A DNA stretch of 64,000 nt from Gemmatimonadaceae bacterium (GTDB lineage: Bacteria > Gemmatimonadota > Gemmatimonadetes > Gemmatimonadales > Gemmatimonadaceae), in assembly GCA_020851455.1 (NCBI GenBank), contig JADZCT010000034.1, forward strand, positions 1,200 to 65,199. Reading direction: 5' to 3'. The notes below the pieces were generated by a model, which searched no databases, was not told the DNA's origin, and worked only from the letters and a program-made list of their open reading frames with translations. Position 1 is the first letter of the stretch. Every line of letters begins with the position of its first letter. Shown piece by piece: positions 60,695 through 64,000 of this stretch. A program made the translations under genes and the position numbers.

Positions 60695-61629
60695 CCGCGC
60701 TGCCCGTCGCGCGCGCGCCGGTAGTACTCCGCGGCCTCCCCCGAACGCCCCATCCGGTCGAGGATGATCCCGACTCCCTTGAACGCACGCCAGTTGCCGG
60801 AGTCGAGTTCGGCCGCGCGATGGTACGACTCGAGCGCTTCTCCCAGCCGGTCGAGCTTGTTCTGCGCCTCGCCGAGGTAGAAGTGCGCCTGCGCCGAGAG
60901 TGGGTCAACCTTCACCACGCGGTGCAGCGGATCCACTGCCTCGCGCCACTTGGCGCGGCGGCAGGCGAGGATCCCCTGCTGCAGGAGCACTTCGCGATCG
61001 TCTGGCTTGAGCTTCTGCGCGCGCTGCAGCTCGCGCTCCGCCTCGTCGTAGCGAAGTCGGCCGCTGAGGATCGCCGCGCGGGCGCAGTGCAGCATCGCTC
61101 CGTCGGCTCCCGCGGCGATGGTCCGCTCCAGCACCGCCAGCGCTCCCTCTATGTTGCCGCGCTTCGAGAGCGCCGCCGAGAGCGCCAGTGCGGTCTCGTC
61201 GTCCGCCGGCTGGGCATCGTGAATGCTCTTCAGCTCGGCGAGCGCGGGGAGCGGCGTCGCCGGGGTCGGTGGCCGCGAGGCGGCGCGCGCTGCCTCCGGC
61301 CCCGACGCGCGCCTCGCCAACACGCTTCCATCGGACTGTGCCGCGGAGCGCTCGCGCTCGGGCAGGGACCGCAGGGCTGGCGTGCCCCGCGCGGGCGTGG
61401 CAGCCAGCGCCACGCGCGCGTCCGGCGTCTCGTCCGGGTCGAACGACCACTCTCCGCACACCGGCGGTTCCCGCAGCGCGCCGGGGGCTTCTGCGCCGGC
61501 TTGCGCCTCGGCGGCTGAGTCGCGGGCCGACCTGGGCGCTGCGCCGGCGTCCAGGCCGCCCAGCGTCAACTGGTCGGGATCGTGGACGGCCGACCCCATT
61601 GCCGGCGTGCGGTCACGCGCTGTTGCCAT
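60691..61629 (-). CDS. TPR-repeat protein with disordered N-terminal half
   Basis: 312 aa. The N-terminal ~130 aa are A/P/R-rich. The C-terminal half carries about five TPR units (AHFYLGEAQNKLDRLGEALESYHRAAELD and others). Confidence 0.72.
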   Translation of the reverse strand: MATARDRTPAMGSAVHDPDQLTLGGLDAGAAPRSARDSAAEAQAGAEAPGALREPPVCGEWSFDPDETPDARVALAATPARGTPALRSLPERERSAAQSDGSVLARRASGPEAARAASRPPTPATPLPALAELKSIHDAQPADDETALALSAALSKRGNIEGALAVLERTIAAGADGAMLHCARAAILSGRLRYDEAERELQRAQKLKPDDREVLLQQGILACRRAKWREAVDPLHRVVKVDPLSAQAHFYLGEAQNKLDRLGEALESYHRAAELDSGNWRAFKGVGIILDRMGRSGEAAEYYRRARDGQRG

Positions 61630-61760
61630 CCGGCCGCCCTCCTCCGCTGCTGTGCGCGCTCTGCCCGGGTTGCCATTGCGCCATCGAAGGCGAAATCTAT
61701 GCGCGCGCCGGAAACCCTGCGCTTGTATCCGGCCTTGCGTTCCCGCAGCTTTCGCTGGCT

Positions 61761-64000
61761 ATGGCGGAAGAAGCACTGGTTGTGCGCGGAGCCCGCGTCC
61801 ACAACCTCAAGAACATTGACGTTTCGATGCCCCGGAACCGGCTCACGGTCGTCACGGGGCTGTCCGGCTCGGGCAAGTCGTCGCTCGCCTTCGACACCAT
61901 CTTCGCCGAAGGCCAGCGGCGCTACGTCGAGTCGCTCTCCGCGTACGCGCGGCAGTTCCTGGGCCTGATGGAGAAGCCCGACGTTGACTCCATCGAGGGG
62001 CTCTCGCCCGCCATCTCGATCGAGCAAAAGAGCTCCGGCCACAACCCGCGGTCAACCGTGGGAACCGTGACGGAGATCCACGACTACCTCCGGCTCATGT
62101 ACGCGCGCGCCGGCACGCCCCACTGTCCCCGGTGCGGCCGGCCCGTGGAACGCCAGTCGCCTGCCCAGATCGCCGATCTGGTGCTCTCCTGGAAGGAGGG
62201 CACGCGGATCGAGATCCTCGCTCCGCTCGTGCGCGGACGCAAGGGCGAGTTCCGCGACCTCTTCGAGATGGCCCGCAAGCAGGGCTTCGTGCGCGCTGTC
62301 GTTGACGGTGAGGGCGTCGAGCTCGATTCGCCGCCGAAGCTCAACCGGCGGCTCAACCACGACGTCGCCATCGTCGTGGACCGGCTCGTCGTGCGGGAGG
62401 CGGACCGGGGACGGCTCGCCGACTCGGTCGAGACTGCCCTCCGCCTCGCCGACGGCGTGGTCGAGGTGGCCCGCGTTGCGGGCGAGAAGCGCGATTCCAC
62501 CTTCTTCAGCGAACGGTTCGGCTGCCCTGCCTGCGGCATCTCGCTCCCGGACATGGAGCCGCGGCATTTCTCGTTCAACTCCCCGTTCGGCGCCTGCCCG
62601 GCCTGCAGCGGCCTTGGCACCAAGCGCCTCGCCAGCGCCGACCTGGTGCTTGGCGATCCCGGGATCTCGATCCTCGAGGGCGTGATCTTGCCATGGGGCG
62701 AGCCAGACGGCTACCTGCGCAAGGTCATTCTCCCCGCCCTCGCGAAGCAGCTTCGCTTCGAGCTCAACACCCCGTGGGGCAAGCTGCCGGCCCGCGTGCG
62801 CGAGACGCTCCTCCACGGCATTTCACCGCGCCGCGGCGAGCCGCAGCAGGAAGGCCGCTGGGAAGGGATCCTCGCCAACGTCGAGCGCCGCTACTCCGAG
62901 ACGGCGAGTGACTCGGTGCGGGCGGACCTCGAGGAGTACATGCTGGTGGCGCGGTGCCCGTCGTGCGACGGGCTCCGGCTCAAGCCGGAGTCGCTGGCGG
63001 TGACGGTCGCGGGGGTCAACATTGGCGCGCTGGGCGAAATGTCGGTCGCCGACGCGCTCCGGTTCGTCGAGTCGGTTCCGCTCCGGGCCAGGGGCCAGCC
63101 GGGGCTGGACCCCGATGTAGCTGGCCCGATCCTCAAAGAGGTCGCCGAGCGGCTCCGGTTTCTCGTGGATGTGGGACTCGACTACCTGACCCTGAACCGG
63201 AGCGCCGAGTCGCTGTCGGGGGGCGAGGCGCAGCGCATCCGGCTCGCGACGCAGATCGGGTCGCGCCTGGTTGGAGTGCTGTACATCCTGGACGAACCAA
63301 GCATCGGCCTGCACCAGCGCGACAACGCGCGGCTGCTGGATACGCTCAGGCGGCTGCGCGACCTCGGCAACACCGTCCTCGTCGTCGAGCACGACGAGGA
63401 AACCATTCGTGCCGCCGACCACGTGATAGACCTCGGGCCTGGCGCCGGCAGCCACGGCGGCGAAGTGATCGCGACGGGAGCGGTGGACGACATCGTCGCC
63501 GCCCCGGCGTCCATCACCGGCGATTACCTCGCAGGCCGCCGCCGTGTGGCGCTGCGCGACGGAGCACGCCGGGCGCGCGACCCGAACCGAGTGCTCCGCG
63601 TCGAGAACGCACGCGAGCACAACCTCCGGAACGTCAACTTCGATCTCCCGCTCGGGCTGTTCGTCGCCGTCACCGGCGTAAGTGGATCGGGAAAATCAAC
63701 ACTCGTCCAGGATATCCTTCACCGCGCGCTCGCGCGCCACTTCTACCGTGCGCGCGTCATCCCCGGCGCGCACGACCGCATCCTCGGGATCGAGCACCTC
63801 GACAAGGTCATAGACATAGACCAGAGCCCGATCGGGCGCACGCCTCGCTCGAACCCGGCGACGTACGCCGGCCTCTTTGCGCCCATCCGGGACCTGTTCG
63901 CCGAACTCCCCGAGGCGAAACTCCGCGGCTACGGTCCGGGCCGCTTCTCGTTCAACGTGAAGGGGGGACGCTGCGAAGCGTGCCAGGGCGACGGGCTCGT
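61761..64000 (+). CDS. uvrA: excinuclease ABC subunit A (5' part, runs off the window)
   Basis: Not in the ORF track because there is no stop in the window. Hand translation from the ATG at 61761 gives [68 protein letters not shown]...SPAISIEQK. Later segments: [17 protein letters not shown] and a second GVSGSGKST. Confidence 0.96.
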   Translation, partial: MAEEALVVRGARVHNLKNIDVSMPRNRLTVVTGLSGSGKSSLAFDTIFAEGQRRYVESLSAYARQFLGLMEKPDVDSIEGLSPAISIEQKSSGHNPRSTVGTVTEIHDYLRLMYARAGTPHCPRCGRPVERQSPAQIADLVLSWKEGTRIEILAPLVRGRKGEFRDLFEMARKQGFVRAVVDGEGVELDSPPKLNRRLNHDVAIVVDRLVVREADRGRLADSVETALRLADGVVEVARVAGEKRDSTFFSERFGCPACGISLPDMEPRHFSFNSPFGACPACSGLGTKRLASADLVLGDPGISILEGVILPWGEPDGYLRKVILPALAKQLRFELNTPWGKLPARVRETLLHGISPRRGEPQQEGRWEGILANVERRYSETASDSVRADLEEYMLVARCPSCDGLRLKPESLAVTVAGVNIGALGEMSVADALRFVESVPLRARGQPGLDPDVAGPILKEVAERLRFLVDVGLDYLTLNRSAESLSGGEAQRIRLATQIGSRLVGVLYILDEPSIGLHQRDNARLLDTLRRLRDLGNTVLVVEHDEETIRAADHVIDLGPGAGSHGGEVIATGAVDDIVAAPASITGDYLAGRRRVALRDGARRARDPNRVLRVENAREHNLRNVNFDLPLGLFVAVTGVSGSGKSTLVQDILHRALARHFYRARVIPGAHDRILGIEHLDKVIDIDQSPIGRTPRSNPATYAGLFAPIRDLFAELPEAKLRGYGPGRFSFNVKGGRCEACQGDGL

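Overview
This is a high-GC bacterial chromosomal segment. The protein repertoire hints at a Gemmatimonadota-like lineage, but that is inference only. It holds about 60 densely packed protein genes, and many are joined by 4-nt ATGA/GTGA stop-start overlaps. I recognised no rRNA, tRNA, CRISPR array, transposase or integrase.

The ORF track contains many long spurious antisense or alternate-frame ORFs, which is typical of high-GC DNA. Many real genes are also over-extended at the 5' end. I trimmed starts where a neighbouring stop codon, a signal peptide or a conserved N-terminus indicated the real start.

Most of the content is housekeeping:
- lipA, and a lipoate-ligase-like gene next to gcvP/gcvH
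- a POT transporter and a five-gene Opp/Dpp-type peptide ABC importer
- coaE, tdk, an aspartate aminotransferase, and queD-folE
- an acyl-CoA synthetase, ligA, thymidine phosphorylase, and arsR-arsM
- gyrB, a DUF721 (DciA-like) gene and recF
- a crotonase, glpK, and the 5' part of uvrA

The most notable locus is 27009-34595, a tightly coupled nurA-herA-mre11-rad50 operon. This is the archaeal-style DNA-end resection gene set. Here HerA has a non-canonical P-loop, and a fifth gene encoding a GNAT acetyltransferase is translationally coupled to rad50.

Other loci worth a second look:
- a type IV minor-pilin cluster with very long prepilin leaders and a 739-aa PilX-like protein
- a motif-degenerate DEAD-box-like protein with 45-bp tandem repeats encoding an RGG-type tail
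- a five-gene coupled operon: TPR, a transglutaminase-like protein lacking the catalytic Cys, an ABC exporter and a GNAT
- an orphan ParA flanked by a TPR protein and a lipoprotein
- a GT2-DUF3108-deoxyhypusine-synthase-like triad
- a CcmF-like protein without the WWD motif
- a perfect 16-bp hairpin in the queD-folE leader
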